A stretch of 64,000 nt of DNA from Candidatus Dojkabacteria bacterium (GTDB lineage Bacteria > Patescibacteriota > Dojkabacteria > B142 > JAFGMG01). Numbering within the stretch: position 1 is the stretch's first letter; every line of letters begins with the position of its first letter. Positions 38,345 to 48,111 of this stretch are shown one piece after another. The notes under the pieces were generated by a model. That model was not told the origin of the DNA. It ran no database searches and saw only the letters and a program-made list of their open reading frames with translations. Location: assembly GCA_016927655.1 (NCBI GenBank), contig JAFGMG010000001.1, positions 179,599-243,598 on the forward strand, given 5' to 3'. The position numbers and the translations under genes are program-made.

Positions 38345-39544
38345 TCATTTACCCTTATATAGTTCTAATAAAAATAACTCAAGCTGACTGCCCAAACTAT
38401 CAAGACTATAGTTTTTTTCAACCCAGTTTTTTGCATTTTTTGCGATCTCTCCTCTTTGTTCTGATCTGATAAAGTTTCTCAACACTTCATACCACTTCTC
38501 GCTCGATTCGACAATCATCCCAGTTTCCATGTTTTTAATTACCGAAGCTAGATCGCCCACCGCACTTGCTACAGTCGGGACTTCACACAAGGCTGCTTCA
38601 AGAAATTTGATTTCGCTTTTTCCTCGATTAAACTCGGTATTTTCAAGCGGGAGCAAATTGATATCAATACCCGCTAAAGTTTCCATATATTTTTCTCGGC
38701 TCATAAACGGCAGATGTTTTATTCTTGAGCTCAGACTACCTGTCGCGAATTTTCTTTTGTCGATTCTGCCGCCAAGCCACAGCTCAAAATTTTCGTCTTC
38801 TTCAAGAATATTTTTGACAGCAGGCCAGATAATTTCAAAGTCTCGATCATGCGTTTCTGAACCACTAAAATAGCCAAGTATTATTTTTTGATTTTCAGCC
38901 TTCAATTTCAGCCGTTTTCTTTTTTCATCTAAAATCCCATTTCTGTTTACGAAAACCTCGCCTTGAATATGTTTTTTCATATCTTCAGCTAGATATTTTG
39001 TACTTGCGATCCCAGCGTCAACCTCTTGCATTAGTGCCAGCATTCCATCTGCCCTTTTTAATAAAAGTTCTGCATCCTCAGAGAAAAGGGCTTTTGTATA
39101 ATCTAAATTCTCAATTAAATCCCTGCGATAAACAAAATCATCCACACTAAAAATCGTTTTAATCCCTCTTTGCCTGGCCTGCTCAAAAATTCCACAGACA
39201 GCACTTAAAGGCGTCCTATAAAAAACAATGTATTTATAATTGGCAACATCCACCCCTTCAGCAAATTTTTCAAAAACAATATCTACCTGCCAGCCTCTCA
39301 TCTCAAGCTGCCTGGCAGGAATTTCACATCTGTAATAAGACGTAGCATTTTTGGGTTCTCCGCTGACAAAGAGCAGACTTTCAACATTCAAGGCTTTCTT
39401 GCCCTTTTTTTGGGGTAAATGGTAATACCTTCCTAGTCGTATTTTCCTGTCAAAAAAAATAAACAGCCTCTTTATGAATTCTCCAACTCCATAATCTCGA
39501 ATTGTCTTATATGATTTATTAAGAAATCTTAACATCAAACTCAT
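38345..39544 (-). CDS. GT-B fold glycosyltransferase (GT4-like)
   Basis: C-terminal EIKFLEAALCEVPTVASAVG is an EX7E-like region. 399 aa. Confidence 0.55.
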   Translation of the reverse strand: MSLMLRFLNKSYKTIRDYGVGEFIKRLFIFFDRKIRLGRYYHLPQKKGKKALNVESLLFVSGEPKNATSYYRCEIPARQLEMRGWQVDIVFEKFAEGVDVANYKYIVFYRTPLSAVCGIFEQARQRGIKTIFSVDDFVYRRDLIENLDYTKALFSEDAELLLKRADGMLALMQEVDAGIASTKYLAEDMKKHIQGEVFVNRNGILDEKRKRLKLKAENQKIILGYFSGSETHDRDFEIIWPAVKNILEEDENFELWLGGRIDKRKFATGSLSSRIKHLPFMSREKYMETLAGIDINLLPLENTEFNRGKSEIKFLEAALCEVPTVASAVGDLASVIKNMETGMIVESSEKWYEVLRNFIRSEQRGEIAKNAKNWVEKNYSLDSLGSQLELFLLELYKGK

Positions 39545-39558
39545 TCAATTAGATAAAC

Positions 39559-40359
39559 TTAGAAGAATTCTGCAACTTTCTTTACGCGGCTTTTAAAAAA
39601 TGCTCTTCCGATCAAAACAAACAATAAACTGATGATAAAAATCAACAGTACTTCATATAGATAGCTTATCTGCCCATTGATAAAAGTATTTCTTGCAGCT
39701 TGTATCAAAATATACAAAGGATTGAGTTCAAAAATCTCCCTTGCCGGAATTTCCTGAACAAAGAATATTGAGATTCTTTCTGGAACCAGGCTTATTGGGA
39801 AAAATATAGCCGACGCATAAAAAAGAAGCTGAAGTCCAATTTCTGTAATATGAAGTAGGTCTCTAAATCTTATGAAAATTACGCTTGTGAAAAAAGAAAT
39901 CCCCAGAGTCAAAATAGTCAGAGTTAATAGCACAAAGGCGAAGTAGGCTATCAGATCAAGTTCGAGATACACATCATTAAATAACAAAAATAATGCAAGA
40001 ATTAGCAGGTTTATTATAAGATTAATTCCTGCTAATACTTGATTGCTGTATACTGCGATAGTACGATTGAAATTTACCTTTAGGATGATATGCGCCTTTT
40101 CAAGCAGCGAATTCATCCCCATGACAATAGACTCGTTGAAATAGTTATATATAATTATTCCAATGAGCAGGTAAATCTGAAATGATTTTTGGTCCTGACC
40201 TCTTGAAACATTTGAAAAAACAATATACAGCATTCCAAATATCAGAAATGGCTTTAGAATTGCCCAAAAGAAACCAAGCAGGGAGTCATTATATTTAAGC
40301 TTGAAATTGGTTCTTACAAGCTCTATCAATAAATCTTTGTCGTTTGATGTGCGTTCCAT
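39559..40359 (-). CDS. ABC-2 type transporter permease (Wzm/TagG)
   Basis: 266 aa, six predicted TM helices, the ABC-2 topology, adjacent to the Wzt/TagH-like ATPase. Confidence 0.75.
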   Translation of the reverse strand: MERTSNDKDLLIELVRTNFKLKYNDSLLGFFWAILKPFLIFGMLYIVFSNVSRGQDQKSFQIYLLIGIIIYNYFNESIVMGMNSLLEKAHIILKVNFNRTIAVYSNQVLAGINLIINLLILALFLLFNDVYLELDLIAYFAFVLLTLTILTLGISFFTSVIFIRFRDLLHITEIGLQLLFYASAIFFPISLVPERISIFFVQEIPAREIFELNPLYILIQAARNTFINGQISYLYEVLLIFIISLLFVLIGRAFFKSRVKKVAEFF

Positions 40360-40398
40360 ACAAAAAAAGTATAAAATCTTCTATTCAAAATTAGAGAC

Positions 40399-41955
40399 AT
40401 GAACATGTACGATTATAAAGCTTTACTGAAAATTAATAAACCAGCAAAGTTCTTTCTGTCCGTTCTGATTTTCGCCAATTTGCTTGCAGCTTTTTCTATA
40501 ATCGTGCTTTCTCTTGTCCCTATTGAAAATCTAATCGGGAAAGACCCGATAACTGGAGACTATTTCCTATTTTATAAAACACATGGCTTCAAAACAACAT
40601 TCAATCTTGCGTGGGGAATTTATGGATACAGAACATTACAACTGAGATATTTGTTCCTTTTGTTTTTCAGCATAGCAGGCTTTTCAATAGGACAACTTTC
40701 TTATCCCAAATTTTTTAAAAGAATTTATGACAAATTAAGCAACATCTCGAAAATTAATTTAAATATTAAGGCACAATATCTTCTAGGACTTTTTATTGTC
40801 CTTTTGGTATTAGTCTTACTTAGAACCGATCCTGTAAAAAATGCATATTTTGCAGATGGTTCACAGCTCCCTAGAGAAATCCGGGAGGGGATGATATTCG
40901 CTGCAGAAATTCTCACTACTTTTGAATATGTTATCTTTGATAAATTCCTTTCAAGTTTTTATCCAACCCTCACGGCTTCTATGTCAATTGAAATAAGTGC
41001 GATTTTTAATGGCTTGATCTATGTACCGGCAGTGTATTTTCTCTCCAGAATACTAGCCAAAAAAAAGCAGGATTTCCTTCTTTTATTTTTGGGAATTATT
41101 TCGACTATTCCAATAATTAACTTTTTGGGATACATCGAGACAACTTCTTTGTGCCTTGCCATGATAGCAGCTTATATTTTATTTGGCCTTGAGTATCTAC
41201 GAAAGACCGAAATTAAATATTTTATGCTTTCATCGGCAGCTTTAACTCTTGCCATACTTGCTCATACCGGTGCAATTTTACTGGCTCCATCTTTTGGGCT
41301 GTTGTACCTAAAGGGGAATTTACAGAAATTTAAAAAAGCAGATATTTCAAAGCTCATATTTAACCCTATAAAAGCAGCTGTTATAGGAGGATTGGTGCTC
41401 TTACCTCTACTTCTGATTTCCTACAATTTATTCTATGCAAAAGGAAATGTGGGAAACCTTCAAGGAGGGGGAGATGGCATACAGTTTGTACCATTGTCCT
41501 TCGATTATGCTAACCCAGTATCGCAATTCGTCTATTATGACATGATATCTTTATGGCATTTTATTGATATTGCCTGGGTAATCGCTCTTTCAGCGACATT
41601 CCTGATCCCGGTAAGTGTAATTTATCTCTTAGCGCATTTCAGAAAAATCAATAAAAAAGCAATTTTGGACATGATATGGAATCCATCGTATCTGCACTTT
41701 CTTCTACTCACCTCACTTTTCACGTTTTTAGTACCATTATTGTGGAATCACGATTTTGGAGTCTGGGGTGATTGGAATATCTCAGCGACCTTTATGTTTC
41801 CAAGTCAAGTTCTGACCTGGTATCTTGCAACCCAGCTACTTGATAAACTAAAATCAAAGCAAGAAATGCCCCAAATAAGAGTCATCCTGATTAAGATAAA
41901 TATGATCTTGATGCAACTCTTGTTTTTCTTCGGACTATACCTGCAGCTAAAATAA
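40399..41955 (+). CDS. large polytopic membrane protein (candidate GT-C-like glycosyltransferase/polymerase)
   Basis: 518 aa, more than 10 hydrophobic helices, no recognisable soluble enzymatic motif. First of three consecutive such genes. Confidence 0.5.
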   Translation: MNMYDYKALLKINKPAKFFLSVLIFANLLAAFSIIVLSLVPIENLIGKDPITGDYFLFYKTHGFKTTFNLAWGIYGYRTLQLRYLFLLFFSIAGFSIGQLSYPKFFKRIYDKLSNISKINLNIKAQYLLGLFIVLLVLVLLRTDPVKNAYFADGSQLPREIREGMIFAAEILTTFEYVIFDKFLSSFYPTLTASMSIEISAIFNGLIYVPAVYFLSRILAKKKQDFLLLFLGIISTIPIINFLGYIETTSLCLAMIAAYILFGLEYLRKTEIKYFMLSSAALTLAILAHTGAILLAPSFGLLYLKGNLQKFKKADISKLIFNPIKAAVIGGLVLLPLLLISYNLFYAKGNVGNLQGGGDGIQFVPLSFDYANPVSQFVYYDMISLWHFIDIAWVIALSATFLIPVSVIYLLAHFRKINKKAILDMIWNPSYLHFLLLTSLFTFLVPLLWNHDFGVWGDWNISATFMFPSQVLTWYLATQLLDKLKSKQEMPQIRVILIKINMILMQLLFFFGLYLQLK

Positions 41956-43283
41956 TGAGAATAATAGATAAAATCAACTCGTTTTATAAAACTCATAGAT
42001 TACTATGCTTGATTACTTTGGGGCTTGTGATTCGATTGATACTGTCTTTCGTAGCAAGACATACCTGGGATTTTTGGCTGAATTATGAAACGGTTGACCA
42101 GATGTGGGCAATGGGCGGCCCTAAGCATATATATGAAGCGGGAGAGATAATGATAGAAGGAGCTGGACAGATATGGTTTTACGGTCCGGTTGCAACTTTT
42201 GCGTTAGCTCTGCCATCACTAATTGTTGGGGGCTTCAATTCCTGGAATCACTTACATGTTTTCATTGGCCATCTTCCTTATTTGTTTTTTGAAACCATTG
42301 CTTTGCTTTCTTTTATGAAACTTACCCCTGCTAAATGGCAGAAACGTTTTATATTTATTTTGTGGCTTGGACCATTCTGGATTTATCTAAATTATGCTTA
42401 TGCTCAAATTGACATAATTGCAGCCTCCCTAAATCTGGTTGCTATGGCCTTTCTGATCAATATCTCACCTGAAAAATTTGCTCTCACCAAAAAGAAAATT
42501 TTATATTTAGCACTTGCAGGATTGTTTTGCGCACTTGCTTTGCACTTTAAGACCGGACATTTAATCGGAGTAGCTGCCTGTTATTGGGCTGTAATAATTG
42601 AAACAAAAAAATTATCCATCAAAGATATATTTTTAAAGCTGAGTATTTTTACTTCCTCATTGGTGTTTTTTGCAGGACTGATTGCTTTTGCTTCATGGAA
42701 ATTCTTTCCCGGATATTATTCTGCCATTACAGGAGGACCTACTAGCTACATTTTTGCAGATAATGCATTTGGGATTTCAACTATCTGGACAATAATAATA
42801 GTATTCATTATCTTGGCGATTATTCTTGGCACCCAGAAATATTTGTCGAAATCTTTGACACTTCCTAACTGGAAAATTATCTGTACTGAATTATTTGCAA
42901 TTGTGATATTTTGCTTATTTCTAGGAATGGATTTTCACCCCCACTGGCTTGTCTGGAGTCTGCCCGTATGGGTATTAATTGCGAAATATTCCGAGATTAC
43001 AAAATATTTTTACAGACTTCTCCTAATATATGGCACTTACGTTTTGCTCACGTACGACTGGGTGACTTCATATCGCACATTCGATATGATTTTGTACAAG
43101 GTTGTCCCAAAATATGATGTCTATAATTTTATCTGGCAAAAGAATGTAATTTCAGCACTTTCAATCAGATCTGAAACCGGTTTTCTTTTTTCCTTTATTT
43201 TCACAGCTGTTGTTGCAATTATTCTACTTTATCCCTATTTAAATGAAAGAACGAATAAACAAGCTAATCAAAAAATTAAATAA
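41955..43283 (+). CDS. large polytopic membrane protein (candidate GT-C-like glycosyltransferase)
   Basis: 442 aa with many TM helices; its start overlaps the previous stop (ATGA at 41952-41955). Confidence 0.5.
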   Translation: MRIIDKINSFYKTHRLLCLITLGLVIRLILSFVARHTWDFWLNYETVDQMWAMGGPKHIYEAGEIMIEGAGQIWFYGPVATFALALPSLIVGGFNSWNHLHVFIGHLPYLFFETIALLSFMKLTPAKWQKRFIFILWLGPFWIYLNYAYAQIDIIAASLNLVAMAFLINISPEKFALTKKKILYLALAGLFCALALHFKTGHLIGVAACYWAVIIETKKLSIKDIFLKLSIFTSSLVFFAGLIAFASWKFFPGYYSAITGGPTSYIFADNAFGISTIWTIIIVFIILAIILGTQKYLSKSLTLPNWKIICTELFAIVIFCLFLGMDFHPHWLVWSLPVWVLIAKYSEITKYFYRLLLIYGTYVLLTYDWVTSYRTFDMILYKVVPKYDVYNFIWQKNVISALSIRSETGFLFSFIFTAVVAIILLYPYLNERTNKQANQKIK

Positions 43284-45084
43284 AAATTTGTTTCTGTTTA
43301 TTACATTATTCTTCTTTGTCGGGACTTTCGAGCTGATTTTCATTGAACAGATGAAGCGGATTGGTGTGCACTATTTGATAGCCTTTTCACTCTCACTGAT
43401 TCCATTATATTTAGTTTTTCTTATCAAGTGGCATATTCCCGAGATCAAATTTCCTGTTCAAAAAGAAAAATTTGAACCTGCTTTTATCAAATTTTCTAGT
43501 TTGGGGATAGTGTTTTTGTTCTACGCGTTAATCTGCGTTCCAATATTTTTTGGCGGGAATAGATTTGAGATGTCAGTAGATTCTTTCTTATACCACAATA
43601 TGATTACACATAGTCTCACTTCTGTTACAAGTGTCTTCAGCCTCAATACATACGCCTCCGTATATGCAATCAGTTTTCAAAGAGGGGCTGAGGCAATAGT
43701 TGCTCTGACACAAATAGCTTTTTTAGGCAGACTCACCCCTCTTGAAGCTCAAAGTCTGGTAATTGGTTTTTTGTTTTGTCTCTCACATTTAAAAATGAGT
43801 AAAGTAGTCGGCGCGCTTGAATCTATGGTTCTTCATATTCTTATTCTTTCCGTTCCGACAGTGTTTCTGCAGTCACTCACTAATTATATCGATATTTTTC
43901 AGATACCTATATTGATTATTGCTTTATCTAGCTTGCTGCTTGCAAAATCCAAAAAGGAGATATTTATCGCTTTAATGTGGTTTGGGATATTTGGGGCAAT
44001 CAAACTCCCGGCACTTATGATTTCCATTCCCTTGGTCGTATTGATTTCATGGTACCAACACAAAAAACTTAATCTTTTATATCTTCTTTTTGCAGGATTA
44101 ATAATTGGCCTGATCTCAGCCCCGTTACTTCTTATAAATACCTTTGAACTTGGCAGCCCCTCCGCACCATATTCATTTCTTTTCTTTGGAGGGTGGGATA
44201 TTTGGAGTACGAATTTACTACTTAATCGCCCAGGAGTTTTCGAGAAAACATTTTTTGGAATAAAACTTAACAACTCCATTTTTTTGAGATTTATTTATTC
44301 GCACCTAAGACAATTTCTTATAATGAATCAAACTTATGATTCAAGACTAGGCGGGGGCGGGATGGTAAATGTATTCACACTTCTTTCTTTTCTAGGAATT
44401 TTGCTCGCAAAATTTACAAAGCAGATTAAATTACTAATAAAAAAGCCCCGGTATAAAATTTCGGTTTTTAATAAAATCGATGTGATAATTATCATCCCGA
44501 CAATTTTTTCTTTCTTTGTTATCCCTGATACCTACTGGTTTCGATACATGATAATCCCATTTACACTAATGATTTTCTACATAATGTATTATCTCAGCAA
44601 AATAAAATATTTACCCCTAAAACAAGGAATCTTGATAATTTTGGCTTTTATAGGTCTGGCTGGATTCTTTACCCTTAGGAACTTTTTAATTCCTCCAAGT
44701 GCTAGCAATCGGCAATTAGACACTTTTATAAATTTCCTGCATCATGATCCGGATCTCGAAATTCAATTAGAAGATTTCCGCAGTCAGACAAACGACTTTA
44801 AAACTGTCTTATTCATTGTAGATACAAAAAACTCCTCTGGAAGCATGGTTGGGAATTATGTAGCAGCCCTAAATCCATCTGCTACAATAACGTACAAAGA
44901 TGTGCAGAATATTCACGATTTTAATAAAGAAATCGCTCATTATGACGCAGTTATTTATTCCAGCACAACTTTTCAGCTTGATGATTACCTGGCGAAAAAG
45001 GCCGAATTCGAACAGGATGGTTATGGCGTAATATTTCTTGAATCAGTAGCACATCCCGATGCTCTTGTAATAACCGAAAATTAA
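43243..45084 (+). CDS. large polytopic membrane protein with a ~120-aa C-terminal soluble domain (candidate GT-C-like glycosyltransferase)
   Basis: 613 aa. The N-terminal ~480 aa are hydrophobic; the C-terminal region is hydrophilic (HHDPDLEIQLEDFRSQTNDFKTVLFIVDTKNSSG...). This architecture recalls Emb/Aft arabinosyltransferases. Confidence 0.5.
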   Translation: MKERINKLIKKLNKNLFLFITLFFFVGTFELIFIEQMKRIGVHYLIAFSLSLIPLYLVFLIKWHIPEIKFPVQKEKFEPAFIKFSSLGIVFLFYALICVPIFFGGNRFEMSVDSFLYHNMITHSLTSVTSVFSLNTYASVYAISFQRGAEAIVALTQIAFLGRLTPLEAQSLVIGFLFCLSHLKMSKVVGALESMVLHILILSVPTVFLQSLTNYIDIFQIPILIIALSSLLLAKSKKEIFIALMWFGIFGAIKLPALMISIPLVVLISWYQHKKLNLLYLLFAGLIIGLISAPLLLINTFELGSPSAPYSFLFFGGWDIWSTNLLLNRPGVFEKTFFGIKLNNSIFLRFIYSHLRQFLIMNQTYDSRLGGGGMVNVFTLLSFLGILLAKFTKQIKLLIKKPRYKISVFNKIDVIIIIPTIFSFFVIPDTYWFRYMIIPFTLMIFYIMYYLSKIKYLPLKQGILIILAFIGLAGFFTLRNFLIPPSASNRQLDTFINFLHHDPDLEIQLEDFRSQTNDFKTVLFIVDTKNSSGSMVGNYVAALNPSATITYKDVQNIHDFNKEIAHYDAVIYSSTTFQLDDYLAKKAEFEQDGYGVIFLESVAHPDALVITEN

Positions 45085-45145
45085 AGTTGTGCTAAAAAAC
45101 CTTTTACCTTAGAATTAAACGCTCTTACTTTTTAAAAAACTTCGA

Positions 45146-46183
45146 ATGTCAACATATTTTATCACTGGCGGTTCTGGTTTCCTGGGGATTAACTTGATTA
45201 GATACTTACTCAAGAAAGGCCAGAAAGTGGTCAACTACGACATTGTTGAATTCGATTACCCAGAAAAGAACAAAATTAAATCAATAATCGGGGATATTAG
45301 AGATTATCCAAGCCTTGAAAAAGCCATGAAGGGTTCCGATATAGTCGTCCATTGCGCTGCCGCACTTCCTCTTTATTCCAAAGAAGACATCATGAGCACA
45401 GATTTAGATGGCTCTAGGAACGTTATGGATGCGGCTTTTAAAAATAAAGTGAAACGGGCTATCCATATTTCATCTACCGCGGTATACGGCATTCCAGATC
45501 ATCATCCACTTTTTGAAACTGATAAACTAGATGGAGTCGGGCCTTATGGAGAAGCAAAAGTAAAAGCAGAAAAAATTTGCGAAGAATATAGGGAGAAAGG
45601 AATGATCGTACCAATCATTAGGCCAAAATCATTTATCGGTCCAGAGCGGCTTGGAGTTTTTGCTCTGTTCTATGACTGGGCAAAAGATGGTAAAAATTTC
45701 CCTATGATTGGTAGCGGAAATAATAAGTATCAGCTACTTGATGTTGAGGATCTCTGCCAGGCAATATACCTTGCAGCCACAAAACCAGAAAAAGTCGCCA
45801 ATGATACGTTCAACATTGGGGCAAAAGAATTTACTACAATGAAAGAAGATTATCAGGCAGTTCTCGATAAAGCCGGACATGGGAAAAAAATTATCGGATT
45901 CCCAGCATGGCCGATGATTATGGCTTTAAGAATTCTTGAATTTTTCAAACTCTCCCCATTATACAAATGGGTTTATGAAACTGCATCGAAAGATTCTTTT
46001 GTTTCAATAGAGAAAGCGGAGAAAAAACTCGGATATAAACCAGAATACTCAAATAAAGAAGCCCTCCTTAGAAATTATGAGTGGTATTTATCAAATCTGG
46101 ATAATTTTAAAAATACCAGCGGGGTATCACACCGCGTACCTTGGAAACAAGGAATTTTAGGATTTATTAAAAAATTCTTCTAA
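45146..46183 (+). CDS. NAD-dependent epimerase/dehydratase (extended SDR)
   Basis: YFITGGSGFLGINLIRYLL; PYGEAKVKAEKI YxxxK motif. 345 aa. Confidence 0.8.
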   Translation: MSTYFITGGSGFLGINLIRYLLKKGQKVVNYDIVEFDYPEKNKIKSIIGDIRDYPSLEKAMKGSDIVVHCAAALPLYSKEDIMSTDLDGSRNVMDAAFKNKVKRAIHISSTAVYGIPDHHPLFETDKLDGVGPYGEAKVKAEKICEEYREKGMIVPIIRPKSFIGPERLGVFALFYDWAKDGKNFPMIGSGNNKYQLLDVEDLCQAIYLAATKPEKVANDTFNIGAKEFTTMKEDYQAVLDKAGHGKKIIGFPAWPMIMALRILEFFKLSPLYKWVYETASKDSFVSIEKAEKKLGYKPEYSNKEALLRNYEWYLSNLDNFKNTSGVSHRVPWKQGILGFIKKFF

Positions 46184-46184
46184 A

Positions 46185-47060
46185 ATGGCAAAAATAATAT
46201 ATAGAATTAAACTGTTGCGCCCCCATCAGTACCTAAAGAATCTTTTTATCTTTTTACCTCTTTTCTTTGCGGCAGATATTTTCGAAATCAACCTCTTGAT
46301 AAAAGCAGGGGTAGCTTTTATTGCTTTCTCATTAACTGCTAGTGCTTGTTACGTGTTCAATGATTATCTGGATATTGAAGCTGACAGGAAGCATCCGAAA
46401 AAGAAAAAACGCCCCCTTGCTTCAGGGAAGATAAGCAAAAAAGAAGCTCGTATTTATATGGCAATTCTGCCTGTTATAGGTTTTATAATAGCGGCTCCTC
46501 TTGGAATCGCAGCAATTGCTATTCTGGCATGGTATTTCGTTCAAAATATACTCTATACCATCAAACTAAAACACATACCGATCATTGATGTTTTTATAAT
46601 TGCTTTGGGTTTTGTTATTAGAATCCTTATTGGTGGTGCTGCAACTGGAGAAGAAATTTCCATGTGGATTATTATTATGACATTTCTGCTTGCTCTATTC
46701 CTGGGACTGGCAAAAAGAAGAGACGATGTCGTTCTTTACAAAACTACAGGTAAAAAAATGCGAAAAGCTGTAGATGGATACAACTTAGTTTTCCTTGATA
46801 CCACAATGATTATGATGACCTCGGTCGTACTGGTTGCCTACATAATGTACACGGTCACTCCCGAAGCGATAGCGAAATTCGGGACAGACAAACTCTACAT
46901 AACTACAATCTTTGTCCTTCTTGGAATCATGAGATATCTCCAAATTACACTTGTTGAAAAGAATAGTGGTTCACCAACCGAAATTCTCATGAAAGACCGA
47001 ATAGTACAACTTGCATTAACCGGCTGGCTGCTCACTTTTGGAATTATAATCTACGTGTAG
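46185..47060 (+). CDS. UbiA-family prenyltransferase, decaprenyl-phosphate 5-phosphoribosyltransferase-like
   Basis: NDYLDIEADRKHPKKKKRPLASG is the UbiA Asp-rich motif followed by RPLxSG; about 8 TM helices. The context (HAD, rpiB and prs directly downstream) points to PRPP as the donor. Confidence 0.75.
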   Translation: MAKIIYRIKLLRPHQYLKNLFIFLPLFFAADIFEINLLIKAGVAFIAFSLTASACYVFNDYLDIEADRKHPKKKKRPLASGKISKKEARIYMAILPVIGFIIAAPLGIAAIAILAWYFVQNILYTIKLKHIPIIDVFIIALGFVIRILIGGAATGEEISMWIIIMTFLLALFLGLAKRRDDVVLYKTTGKKMRKAVDGYNLVFLDTTMIMMTSVVLVAYIMYTVTPEAIAKFGTDKLYITTIFVLLGIMRYLQITLVEKNSGSPTEILMKDRIVQLALTGWLLTFGIIIYV

Positions 47061-47063
47061 TGC

Positions 47064-47666
47064 ATGAAAAATAAATCAACAATTGCAGTATTTGATTTTG
47101 ATGGGACTATTACAAATCGAGACAGTTTGATCGATTTTATTATTTTTTCAAATGGCTATTTGAAATTCCTAGTTGGAATATTCGCGAATTCTCCTTTTTT
47201 GATTTTGTATAAACTCGGGCTTTATCCAAACGACAAAACTAAGGGAAAGTTCTTCAGCTTTTTCTTTAGAGGAATGAATTCTCAGGAATTTATTGATAAA
47301 TCACAAAAGTATTCTCTGGAAAAGCTTGGAAGAATAATTCGGCCTGAGGCACTTGATCGTATCAACTGGCACAAAAAGCAGACTCATAAAGTCTTAGTAT
47401 TGAGTGCATCTGCTGAAAACTGGGTGAGGCCGTGGGCAAAAAAAGAAGGACTTGATGTGATTGGCACCAAAGTTGAAATTTCCAATTCAAAACTCACCGG
47501 CAATTTCGCCACGAATAATTGTTTTGGGCAAGAGAAAGTGCGAAGGCTGCTCGAGAGATACCCAGCAAGAGATCAGTATACTATATATGCTTATGGTGAC
47601 AGCAAAGGAGATAGGGAGTTACTCGAACTTGCTGATCATGCTTTTTACAAAATGTTTGGTGAATAA
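47064..47666 (+). CDS. HAD-superfamily phosphatase (HAD-IB/phosphoserine-phosphatase-like)
   Basis: IAVFDFDGTIT is HAD motif I (DxDGT); YGDSKGDRELL is HAD motif IV. Confidence 0.75.
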   Translation: MKNKSTIAVFDFDGTITNRDSLIDFIIFSNGYLKFLVGIFANSPFLILYKLGLYPNDKTKGKFFSFFFRGMNSQEFIDKSQKYSLEKLGRIIRPEALDRINWHKKQTHKVLVLSASAENWVRPWAKKEGLDVIGTKVEISNSKLTGNFATNNCFGQEKVRRLLERYPARDQYTIYAYGDSKGDRELLELADHAFYKMFGE

Positions 47667-48090
47667 AATATATCTAGCCTCAGATCATGGTGGACTTGGA
47701 TTAAAGATGAAAATAATCGAATATTTAAAGGAGGCTGATATTAAAATAGAGGATCTTGGCACAAATTCATCTGATTCGGTGGACTATCCCGATTTTGCAC
47801 ATAAACTTTGCAAAAAAGTCCTTAGAAACAAGAGTAGCCAGGGAATTTTATTCTGCGGAACAGGGCTTGGTATGTCCATTGCAGCAAATAGATATAAGGG
47901 CATTAGAGCAGCGCTGTGCCATGATCATTTCACAGCGGCAATGAGTAAAAAGCACAATGATTCAAATGTTTTATGCATTGGAGGCAGAACAACGGGAGAA
48001 GAAACAGCCAAAGATATTGTCAAAACCTGGCTGGAAAGCACCTTCGAGGAAGGGAGGCACACAAGAAGATTGGGAAAAATCGAAATTTAA
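47659..48090 (+). CDS. rpiB: ribose-5-phosphate isomerase B
   Basis: (M)NKIYLASDHGGLGLK...GILFCGTGLGMSIAANR...ALCHD...VLCIGGR is the RpiB/LacAB signature. The track ORF (47461) runs antisense through the HAD gene. A GTG at 47659 (overlapping the HAD stop) or the ATG at 47638 gives a ~143-150 aa RpiB. Confidence 0.75.
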   Translation: MNKIYLASDHGGLGLKMKIIEYLKEADIKIEDLGTNSSDSVDYPDFAHKLCKKVLRNKSSQGILFCGTGLGMSIAANRYKGIRAALCHDHFTAAMSKKHNDSNVLCIGGRTTGEETAKDIVKTWLESTFEEGRHTRRLGKIEI

Positions 48091-48111
48091 AATTTTTTAC
48101 AATCTCTTCAA

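Noticed and set aside
47461-47658. N-terminal extension of the rpiB ORF in the six-frame track
   Set aside because: The extension runs through the HAD phosphatase gene in a different frame and has no homology. The RpiB homology begins at about 47659, so the extension was trimmed.
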